Origin: Antedon mediterranea
Lineage: Eukaryota; Animalia; Echinodermata
Assembly: GCF_964355755.1 (NCBI RefSeq)
Contig: NC_092676.1
Location: 5,619,888-5,683,887 of the forward strand
Direction: 5' to 3'
DNA length: 64,000 nt
The notes beneath the pieces were generated by a model that had not been told where the DNA came from, ran no database searches, and saw only the letters and a list, made by a program, of their open reading frames with translations. This document shows positions 1 through 10,900 of this stretch, piece by piece (within the stretch, counting starts at the first letter, position 1; every line of letters starts with the position of its first letter). Made by a program: the position numbers and the translations under genes.

Positions 1-419
1 GATAGAATGAGGTTTAATCTCGTTATTATTCTTATTATATATATATTTTTTTTTTCATATATATATCTGGGGTGTATTTATTAGATTATACATGTTACCA
101 TTATTACACCCAACAAAATAAACGCCTTCCCTGAATAAATAAATGCCTGAGGCTTTTATTCGGGTAACTACAGTAAATTACTTTTAGCATTCTCAAAATG
201 TTTGAACGTTCGGGGGTCAACAATACTTTCTAGCATTATTTTAAGCAAAAGTACAATTATTACAAACAGTAAAGGATTTGTTTTAATTCCTATAATGAAA
301 TTATTAAGCATCAATTATTGCATAACATTACTGTCTAATGATAAGTTGGGTAGATATGTTTTTCATTTAAAAGATTAATAATTAATAGTATTTCTGATCA
401 TCTTTTATCCAAATTTTCT

Positions 420-1130
420 GTTAGAATGAATGTAAATATGTGTATTTCTAACAATTTGATACCAAATTCTACGACCTGTACTTACAGAGATAAGAAGATG
501 CCCTGGTATGTATGTCAAAGGTCAGAAATGTCATTTCCGGTCATTTTCGACTAAAATGTTTCATTAGACTGAATATGAATGTATACCTTCTGAACATTTT
601 GAGACCAAAATTTACTCGCTGTGACCAGTGGTTGCCGAGATACAAATACCTATTTGTGTTTATTCATATAACCCCTGCCTTGACCTTTTGTAACATTGTT
701 CAAAATGTGTAACAAATAACTAAATGTATATTTCGAACAATTTGAGCCCAAATTCAAGTCTCTACGGCCAATAGTGACGGAGATACAGACATGCCCTGGT
801 TTATGGGTCAAAGGTCAGAAATGGCATTTCCTGTCATTTTCGACTAAAATGTTTCATTAGACTGAATATGAATGTATACCTTCTGATCAATTTGAGACGA
901 AAATTACCTCGCTGTGACCAGTGGTTGTCGAGATTTAAGGACATAATGGTGTTTGATCTTATAACCTTTGACCCTGACCTTTTGACCTTTCGCCACATTT
1001 TCAAAATGTGTAACCAAGCCAAAAATGATTGTTTGACCACCCTAAACCAATTTCTGAAGTCAAATTCTCTGGACCTCAAAGTGCATACGAAAGTTGATCT
1101 AGCTACTAGAGTAAATAGAAGTGTTTCATA
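420..1130. repeat. Interspersed repeat with a ~293-bp tandem duplication (possibly Helitron/Helentron internal sequence), in the intron upstream of the first visible CYB5R exon
   Basis: TCATTTTCGACTAAAATGTTTCATTAGACTGAATATGAATGTATACC occurs at 541 and 834; recurring GACCTTT motifs. The family call is inference. Confidence 0.5.
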
Positions 1131-1218
1131 AATTATATCGACAAACTCCAATCAAAAGCACAGTCCTGTATTTTAATTTTCATAAACTTTTAGTATTAAA
1201 TATTAATCAAATTTTTAG

Positions 1219-3988
1219 ATTTTGAGCCCAGACACCAGACGGTTTAGATTTGCATTGCCATCTGCCCAGCACATCCTAGGCCTTCCTGTTGGTAAGTGCA
1301 AGTCTATTGGCCTTATGTATTTACCACAAAAGAGTAGCATCTATCAGGGAAGTAAAATACCTCCCTGCATCTACAGTAGGGGACAATTTCCTGTGAAATC
1401 AACACAATGCATACATGTTTTCAAGTTCTCTACACCAAATGTTTCTTGGGCTCCTCATATTTGTACTTGTGGATCCCCAAATTCGAGGCCTACCACTACT
1501 GCTCTTATATATTTACCACAAAAGAGTAGCATTTACCAGGGAGGTATAATACCTCCCTGCATCTACAGTAGAACTCCCTATATGAGACAATTCCCTTTGA
1601 AATCAACCCAATGCATGTTTTCAAGTTAAACCAAGTGTCTTGGGCACTTCTACTTTTCCTTGCGGGTTCGATGTCAGGGCGTGGCTAGTAATGTTGTGTT
1701 TTGGTGTCCTCAAGTGTATATTATACACACCAAATAAACATATCCTTTTTTTCCTAACAGGTCAGCACATCTATCTGACCGCCCGTATTGATGGTGCTCT
1801 TGTTATCCGTCCCTATACACCAGTGACCAGTGATGATGACAAAGGCTACATGGATCTTGTCATTAAGGTGAGAAATAATAATTAATTCAACTAAAATGTC
1901 TGTCTATTTCTTGCAGGGATAAACCGACAATAGCCGTTTCTCCTCGAAGAGCTAGATATAACAAGAATTTTTTCCCATAATTTTTTAATGCCATTGTTCT
2001 TAAACTTTTTTATAGGTATACTTTAAGAATGTGCACCCCAAGTTCCCGGATGGTGGCAAGATGTCGCAATACCTGGAAGCCATGGAAATTGGCGATGGAA
2101 TTGAAGTTAAAGGGCCTAGTGGACTGCTTACTTATGAAGGACAGGGTAAATATTATCAAATTGATAAGAATAGAAATAGATATTTTAGATATTTGTAAGT
2201 TCCAAAATTCTTTAATTCCTGTTAAAATGCAGCAACCACACATGTCAAAGGAATTCAGTGTTTTTTCATCACATGGGGCCTGGATTTTCCTGCTAAACAA
2301 AGTTGTCAATCAGCCTTTTTTCATCAAGAAATTTTGGGTTTGTCATGATTCGTAATTTCATAATTCTTGTTTCAGGTTCTTTTAAAATCAGACCGGACAA
2401 GAAGACACCTCCTGAGACTAAGACCGCCACTAAGGTTGGTCTCATTGCCGGTGGAACAGGTAAAGACTTTTTTAAAGCATTTTTTAAAAGTAAAAATTTC
2501 ATGCAAAAGTCAATTTTCTATTTACTCTATTAAAAAAAAAATTCAGCTGTGTTTCAATTTATTCTGATAAATATACAAAATATTAAAAAAAAAATACTAG
2601 TTTTATTAAATAAGAACAATAATATATAATTTATAATATCAGTAACCAAACTAATTCTTTTCATTTTAAAATACTCTATATAATTTCTAAAGATTATAAG
2701 TGCCAATTGCAGCTACATGCAATAAATGAAATGTTATTTTTAGAATCAAAACTTGTTTGTTTTGCAGGCATCACCCCTATGTTGCAGTTAATTCGTGAGG
2801 TATTCAAGCATTCTGATGACACCACTGATCTATGGCTTCTCTTTGCTAACCAAGTTAGTAATCATATTATTTAATATTTCTTTCAATCCTACAGTTTTTT
2901 AAAAATTATTTTGTTCTTCCATTCAATTGTATAATATCTCGCTGTTGGATGCGTATGAAATATAAAATAAACTACAATGTACAGTTGTGATTGGAAATTT
3001 TTTAAACATAGTATTCAAGAGAGACACATAGCATATTGCTATAAAAGATATGATACAAGAATGTATGAGGTATGGATTCGAGACCTCTCTCTTTCATATT
3101 GCTCTGTGTCGTTACATTACTCTCTCATCAGCCTTCAGATGGGATGTCAGTGTAGACATCTGGCTTATGTGCACTTTAAAGAACCTAGTACATCTTTCGA
3201 GATGAGTACCCCGGTGTACTAGTATATCACATCCACTGATCATAACTGAGCCCTCTGGAAGACCAGTCTTTAACTGAAGAGGTCGCCCAGTATAAATAAA
3301 ATATTTCAATTCAATTTGGATGGGACTTAAAAATGTTGGTCCAGTGTACACATAATATACATCTGCACGTGTAACAGTGTTCCTATTGTGTTCCTAATAA
3401 AACTAACCTATATTTTAAATTTTGTCTTCTATTACTTGTATAGACTGAAGCCGATATTCTTCTTCGTGATGAGTTGGAGGAGATTGCAGAGGAACAGAAG
3501 TCAAGGTTTCATCTTTGGTATACTCTGGATCGACCTGAAGAAGGTAAACTAAGCCTCTTTGATGTCATTAGAACTTTCACAAATATGGTTCTCAAAAATG
3601 TTACTAAATAAAGCCTTGTCTACACTATCAAACTCTGTGACAAAAAATGTGATATGTTAATATATGGACATGATGATGTCATATCACCACCATTATTTGG
3701 GCATATCACTACCATATTTGGGCACATCACACTTTGTCATAGTTTGATAGTGTAGACAGATATTTACAGTATAAATGTAATACTAAGTATTTCCTTTAAT
3801 AATCTTTCTTGCTAGGATGGAAGTATAGCTCAGGATTCGTCACTGAAGATATGCTGAAAGCGACCATGCCGCCCCCTGGTGACGACACCCTGATATTGAT
3901 GTGTGGACCACCACCAATGATCAACTATGCCTGCCAACCCAACCTTGAGAAACTTGGGTATGCAGAAGACAGACGCTTTGCATATTAG
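1219..3988 (+). CDS. CYB5R3: NADH-cytochrome b5 reductase (CYB5R1/2/3 family), 5'-partial; exons 1219-1291, 1761-1867, 2016-2145, 2376-2459, 2768-2853, 3444-3543, 3816-3988
   Basis: Spliced translation gives [10 protein letters not shown], the RPYTP FAD motif, [14 protein letters not shown], the GGTGITPM NADH motif, FANQTE and CGPPPMI, ending in TAG at 3986-3988. All introns are GT-AG with consistent phases. N-terminal exons lie before the window. The paralogue name is approximate. Confidence 0.95.
1306..1660. repeat. Local ~192-bp direct duplication in a CYB5R intron
   Basis: TTTACCACAAAAGAGTAGCAT...ATACCTCCCTGCATCTACAGTAG at ~1320 and ~1512. Confidence 0.8.
3055..3302 (+). mobile_element. 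tRNA-derived SINE with a Deu/Nin-like central domain, in a CYB5R intron
   Basis: B-box-like GGATTCGAGACC (~3074); CCTTCAGATGGGATGT shared with the 61866 copy; GCACTTTAAAGAACC...CCCCGGTGT core; stem-loop tail ending in an A-rich run. Confidence 0.6.
3612..3763. mobile_element. MITE, AGCTCTGTCTACACTATCAAA family (Harbinger-like)
   Basis: TIRs TGTCTACACTATCAAA / TTTGATAGTGTAGACA; homologous copies at 12046, 14832, 51371, 53326 and 58920. Confidence 0.8.
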
Positions 3989-5269
3989 GCCAGGTGTATT
4001 TAGAATGTCACTGCGTGCCTTTCACAAATTATACATGCAAATGCACTAACTATTGCATAGTTAGTTAGAGGATGATAAGCGTCTTGCATTGCTTAAATTT
4101 CACCACCTGCTTAATGCAAATAGGGTATTTGCATATAGAGCAACTGCACTTTGACCTTTCAGATTATGTATGCATATTAGAGCCAGGTGTATTTAAAATA
4201 CCACCATGCTTCTGCACATTTTGGTGATTTTTTTTATAGATTATCATTTATTATAAATTTTACTTCAAAAGTATATTATTTTTTCTTGATATCATTATAT
4301 ATTACTGAAATATTTTAAAGAATTAATAAGTTTATTTTGTTTAAATTTGTATTTGTAGAATGAAATATATTTCTTTTGAATATTGCACTAAACTATTACT
4401 AAGTAAATGCTTAAGATTTTGTACAACAAGAATATCAATTTAGATAAGAAATAATTGTCAAACATTATGAGTGTCAGATTAATCATGGTTATAATGTCAT
4501 ATTCTGTTAAAAACAGACTTTTCAATAACAAATTATAATTTAGTATATAAATCTAAGCTTTGTTTCAGCATTGATTCCACTGTCAGAATTAACTGTTTAG
4601 TCTTCCATGTTAGGGTTGTATGTAGCAAATTATGAATTAAAAAAAACACAATGTGAGATTAGTCTTGGTCTTGTTATTGCTGGTCAAATTCAGTAGTTAC
4701 TATCATATTTTTTTTGTCCCATACTGAAGACATAACCTCCCAACCAAAGATTACATTTGCCTTGCTCAGTGCTTTATCCAAGGGTTTGAATTCCTTATTC
4801 AGAATGCAGGTTATTTGGCGCCTAAAATGAATTCCAGCCGACCAAAGAGCACATGTCGACAAGCGGTAGAGAGAAAGCCCGCGGTATTCAAACAATGCTG
4901 TAGCCACCTTGTCAAGATTCAACCAATCAGAACACATTATGTTTAGTTGCAGACGACCGTCATGGAGTTGACCGAGTGTTGAGGTTGTGAAATAATGTAT
5001 TTACAAAAATAGTTCTTTATCCTTTAAAATACTTGTTTATGGCATGGGAGTGACAAGACTACATTATAAAAATAAATTTAACAATCAAATACTGCCAACG
5101 GGAAGCAGAAAAGGTAGGCTAAGTTTGTTTATATAAATGCTAGGCCCATCAAATAAGCTGCTAAGTTTCAGTGAGTTAGCTAACTAAGTAGGCTACGCCG
5201 CGGCGAATTTAATGAGGTTACTACCCCAGGCCTACATGAGGAGTGGCAGTGTTTACTTAGAATGTATTG

Positions 5270-6366
5270 TATGGAACGCCTCCTCTGCCTTCAGTTCACA
5301 TTTATCATGCAGTACACACCAATCGTCATGCAGTACACACCAATCGTCATGCAGTACACACCAATGGTCATGCAGTACACACCAATCGTCATGCAGTACA
5401 CACCAATCGTCATGCAGTACACACCAAACATCATGCAGTACACACCAATCGTCATGCAGTACACACCAATCGTCATGCAGTACACACCAATGGTCATGCA
5501 GTACACACCAATTGTCATGCAGTACACACCAATCGTCGTTCACATTTATCATGCAGTACACACCAATCGTCATGCAGTACACACCAATTGTCATGCAGTA
5601 CACACCAATCGTCATGCAGTACACACCAATCGTCATGCAGTACACACCAATCGTCATGCAGTCAAATATTGCGTAATTTATACCGCCACCTATCGACAAA
5701 ATCGAATATCACGTGAGGTTTATTAGACGGCTGTAAAACTAAGACTATTTAAACTTCTTTTATGGAATTCAATAATTGCAATGGCCTCCTAGCCGCGCCT
5801 GTGTCTCGCATAATAAATTATTGTATATATAAAAAACAGAGCATTCACAGAGATGTGTAGCGGTTAAAATAAGTACAGTATGTCAAACATAAAAGAAATC
5901 TTAGAGTCGATGGCCTAGTTTTACAGCCGTCTAATAAACGTCACGTGATATTCGATTTTGTCGATAGGTGGCGGTATAAATTACGCAATATTTCACTGCA
6001 TGACGATTGGTGTGTACTGCATGACAATTGGTGTGTACTGCATGACCATTGGTGTGTACTGCATGATGTTTGGTGTGTACTGCATGACGATTGGTGTGTA
6101 CTGCATGATGTTTGGTGTGTACTGCATGACGATTGATGTGTACTGCATGACCATTGGTGTGTACTGCATGACAATTGGTGTGTACTGCATGACCATTGGT
6201 GTGTACTGCATGATAAATGTGAACGACGATTGGTGTGTACTGCATGACCATTGGTGTGTACTGCATGACCATTGGTGTGTACTGCATGACCATTGGTGTG
6301 TACTGCATGACGACTGGTGTGTACTGCATGACCATTGTGAACTGAAGGCAGAGGAGGCGTTCCATA
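5270..6366. mobile_element. Foldback-type element: ~450-470-bp inverted arms built largely of 21-bp tandem repeats, 6-bp TSD
   Basis: Arms ~5270-5741 and ~5916-6366 are reverse complements (TATGGAACGCCTCCTCTGCCTTCAGTTCACA...); repeat unit TCATGCAGTACACACCAATCG; GTATTG at 5264-5269 and 6367-6372. Confidence 0.9.
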
Positions 6367-7690
6367 GTATTGTACGTCGTACGTAATGGTCTTTTTATCT
6401 TTACGCTGTACCTGCCAAAGGCAATAATGTCAATAGTGTATGCTTTTGTTTGAATTTTATTGTAAAAGAATTGTAGGCTACTGTATGTTTTTAGTGAAAA
6501 CTGGTGGATCTGTGCAGGTTCTGGGAAGGTGTTAAGTGGGGATAACTTTGAAACAAATGGTTGGTGTTTAGAGAAATACAGGCATCTTATCCCTTATCAA
6601 ATTTTAAAGGCAACTGACATACAACAAAAATAAAAGAACCATTCCATTCTTTTAAAATCCAGATTATGATCGCTTCCCAGGTGTTGATTGACTTTTATTT
6701 TAGTCTCATACTTGGTACATCAGATTTAATTGCAAATCCTCATAAAAGCAAAATTCATGTCCTGGTTTTAACATACACAAGAAACTTGAAAATCATATAA
6801 TAATATTGTTATAATTTATTGATATAATTTTCCTACATTTCATTGATTAAAAAACTAAATTATCCCCAAACAATATAGATGACTTTGTATTGCTAAAAAA
6901 ACAAATATGTCCTATTCAAATAAACAATATAAACTAAATTTTAAACAATGGGAATGGACATTATTTCATTTACCAAAACCTTCATTGAAAACTGCCTCAT
7001 ATTATATTACTAATATCAATTATACCAAAGCAATCTAACAACAGGATTTTGAGCTTCGGATATCAAAGAGTTTACCTGTGGCTGCGACACGATCAGTCCC
7101 ATTCCACTTAACAGATACCGCATCGTGGAGAATAAACACATTGCACAGTACTGTTGGTATTTGTCGCAGCAAGATCAAGGACTGATAGAAGTTCCTATCT
7201 TAGCAAGGCGAGTTCAGTGTCCTGTTCTTAGATTGCCTTGATTGTACTATCAATTCATATTAACACTCACAGCATATACTATTAAACTAAAGTATTCCAA
7301 AAACAATCCATATGGTTTACAACAAAAATATAGATTATAAATAAAATTTGATTAAAATGCTGATTAAAATGATGCTCATTTAATACCTGAATTGAAATTT
7401 GAGTAATTTATCATAATGTAACATAAATTACAGTACATGATTAAAAATATAAAACAACCCAATTTTCATTAACATGCTTTTTATTTATCAACATTTAAAA
7501 TTCATTGCATCCAGATATCGCATTGTATTGCATTAACCTATAGTACTACCATTCAATTTGATGGATACATACAATTACAGTAGTTTGGTTCTAAAAATAG
7601 ATTTTGCTGTTTTAAAATTAAGTCAATGGAATTCATTAAATTATTACAATAATAATCAATTAATTGTAATTACCCTGTGGATGATATTAA

Positions 7691-7891
7691 AGATGTATTG
7701 TCCCCCAAAAACATGAAAAATGAAGATTAATTAAATCAGACTATTTTCTGCTTAATAATAATATATTACAGTTTTTTCAGTTACCGGTACATAATTTTTT
7801 TTAATCCAATTTTTGGTCAAAGTGGATAACTATTATGTGACATTAAAATGGCATATTCAAAGAATTATTTTTTCAGGTGAACAATACATCT
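7691..7891. mobile_element. Kolobok-like MITE (AGATGTATTGTCCCC family) just past the glycogen synthase stop
   Basis: TTAA|AGATGTATTGT...ACAATACATCT|TTAA; a TTAA TSD with AG..CT ends is Kolobok-like. Confidence 0.8.
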
Positions 7892-7984
7892 TTAACATAT
7901 CTAATACTTGTGGAAGACAAGGTACAATTATAAATGTCCCTTTTCCCTGGTGGGATGAATAATATATGAACCTAAAAACTACAT

Positions 7985-10900
7985 CTAGTCTTCATCATCA
8001 TCAGATGCTGGTGGGGTGCCAAGTGGTGTCGATGCTCGTGAACTTGTTGGTGAGGGCGGTGCTGATGCAGCACGAGGGAATCTGAATGGCTGAAATGACA
8101 AACATTATACATTATTTTTTAATCAATTTTATCAATTTTTTTTCAAAGGCTAGATATTAATAATGTTACATACTGTATTTCCCAATGTTTTGTTAAAAGA
8201 ACTTGTAGTTATGTAAATTAAACTGTAGGCCTACTATATACAGTATTATTGAGGCTTTATATGTTGAATGTATTTATACAACAGGTATATGTCGATATAT
8301 AGCAAAAAATTATAATAGTTTTACATGAATATTCAAATTTATATTGACAGCTTAAAACAAAATTAAAGATGTTCTTTTATTTTTATAATACAGGACATTT
8401 GATACACTTACCTGTGGACCATCTTCCTCGTCGACATCAAATAGTTCTGGGTAGACTTTGTGAAGTGCTAGTTGTCTTGCTTGCCTATAATACTACAAAA
8501 AAAGGAAGAACTGGGGATATAGCATATACTGTATGATGAATGTACCACCTACAAATATCAGTTTAAAAAAAGACTAATAAGCCGCTTGAAGTTGAAAAAA
8601 ATCTGGTAAGTTAAAATTGTTTTATTTGTTAGAAAATACAAGCAAAGGTTAAATTTTCAATTCCTTTTTTTTTTTCAAAAATAAATGAAATGACTTACAA
8701 CTCCAAGATTTTTCCAGTCTAGTAGATCACTTAGACGCTCAGTACGGTTACGCTGTAGGATACGCTGTCTCCTTGTCAAACGAGTGAAATCAAACATGTA
8801 CTAGAAAAAAATGGATATCGTTGCAATTCTACATTAATAATTTAATTTAAATTTAGCACAATTTCGATTATTCTGCAATGCCACTTTTTTTATAAACCAG
8901 AATTGAATTAATGAATTCCAACAAAATCATTCACATTGTATCTCTATAAACATTTAATTTTGTCAATTTATTTTTATAAATACTTATTAGCTGTTCACTT
9001 GTTTCCAAACTCAAGTGGTAATAGTGCGTACTATTGCACGCCATGTGACCCACAATCATCCAATCAAATGACAGGAATTTATTTAGGTGTTGTATAATAT
9101 AAAATATAAGGCACGATTGGTTTGATAAACCAACCAATACATAAAGGAATTGATAAAATTAGTGACTGTTGGAATTAAATCTAGGGTTATCTATAAACAA
9201 TATTGAGGATGTTATATGATCTGACTTGAAGCACCCCAGTCCTGATACTGTACCAAAGGATAACCCAGTGCTGCTCTTTTCAGATAAAACATTTACCGAT
9301 GCCAACTGCTGAACAGATTCCTCTAGACTCTTAGTTCGTCTATCGATTATGTAGATTCCATAAGAAGTAGGGTCTGCAATGTGCTCAGCCATGAAACAGC
9401 CAAATCCAGATAGGTTACTTGTCACGCTTGGGATACCCATCACTGTACACTCCGCTACAAAAGAGAAAGGTCACACACATAAAATTAAATACCCAGTTTT
9501 ATAAGTAGGGACTGGGTCAATTGTATTGATTATATTCTAGTTGTGTTAAGCCTTGCCATTGTTTGCGAACTAGATCACTGGGACAGCTTTTTTGGTTTTA
9601 CTACAGTAGTCTATATTATTGTCTACATACTGTTACACTGTGTGCTGATTTTTTACTTGCGCACAAGGAACAAAAAAAAAATAAACCTACGCCCTTCCAT
9701 TCATACATACAATAAATTGAATCATTCTAAACACTAGTAAGCTATATTATTCTTAATAGTTTTACTGAAGAATTATCTACTAATCATGGTACATTCTGGA
9801 GAACATTTACTGTAACGATACTTAAAAACAACTAGTAACAAATAAGTACAGTATCAGAATACTTTATTCTACTATTTTGATTGCATTCAATTCAATTTCA
9901 ATTTCTTTTATTTTGGAAATTTCATTCATATCAACAAACGTACAAACAGAAAAAGAAAAATGAAAATTTGCAAACTCTAAGCTTAAATATAGGATACTTC
10001 TCCATCTACAATACATTTTTGAGTTATGGAGCATATGTTTGCAAACACAAGCAACAAGATTACAACTATTCAACATACGTTGCATGAAACCATAGATAGA
10101 CTTTCGTATATACTCATTGTGCTCTTTACCTGGTGTATAGCCCCAAGGTTCATAGTAGGATGGAAACACTCCAAGATGGCAGCCACGTACAAACTCAGAA
10201 TAATCACAAGCAAATAGTGGATTGGTGGACGAAAGAAACTCTGGATGAAAAATGACCTGAAAAAAAAACAGTTATAAAATTACTTAATACTGTAGTAAAA
10301 ATGCTGAGAATATCCACTGAAATAAACCAGGTATAGATAGATGAAAGTCTCCCTTAAAGATGTATTGTCCCCCTAAAAAATAAAAAATAATTTTTTTACA
10401 ATTTTTGTTGTTGAATATGCCATTTTAATGTCACATAATAGTTATTGACTTTGACCAAAAATTTGATCGAAAAATTTTTTATTTACCTGAAAAAATTGGA
10501 ATTTTAAGCAAAAAATTGTCAAATTGGCTGCCAGCCAATGGATTTTTGGTTGAATTTAACCATTTATCATGTTATTTTTAAGTGAAAACATTATTTTTTC
10601 CAGTTTTTTTTCTACGGAAGTGATTCACTTTATTAAAACTACAAAATTACCTATTCAAAGTCTGATTTAATTAATCTTCATTTTTCATGTTTTTGGGGGA
10701 CAATACATCTTTAAAGATGTATATCCTCAAAAACATGAAAAATTTAAGATTAAATAAAATCATTTTGCAATTCTAATAGTTAATTGATGATGATTTCACT
10801 TATAAAAAGATAAAATAAATAATTTAACCAAAAACCTATTGTCTGACAGAAAATTTTGACTAATTTTTGCTTTAAATTACAGTAAATTATGTAAATATTT

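Noticed and set aside
3245-3300. CTGAAGAG as a hammerhead ribozyme core
   Set aside because: No stem II followed by GAAA and no stem III; it fits a SINE/LINE 3' stem-loop better.
4674-4937. 87-aa minus-strand ORF
   Set aside because: No recognisable motif and no convincing splice context.
5305-6335. 21-bp array as a CRISPR array
   Set aside because: Units are contiguous with no unique spacers, no cas genes are present, and the context is eukaryotic.
5212-6386. Ten overlapping ORFs (MQYTPIV, SCSTHQS, HAVHTNR, CVLHDDW repeats) as repeat proteins
   Set aside because: They arise from a stop-free 21-bp unit, are mirrored on both arms and sit inside a TSD-flanked inverted-repeat element.
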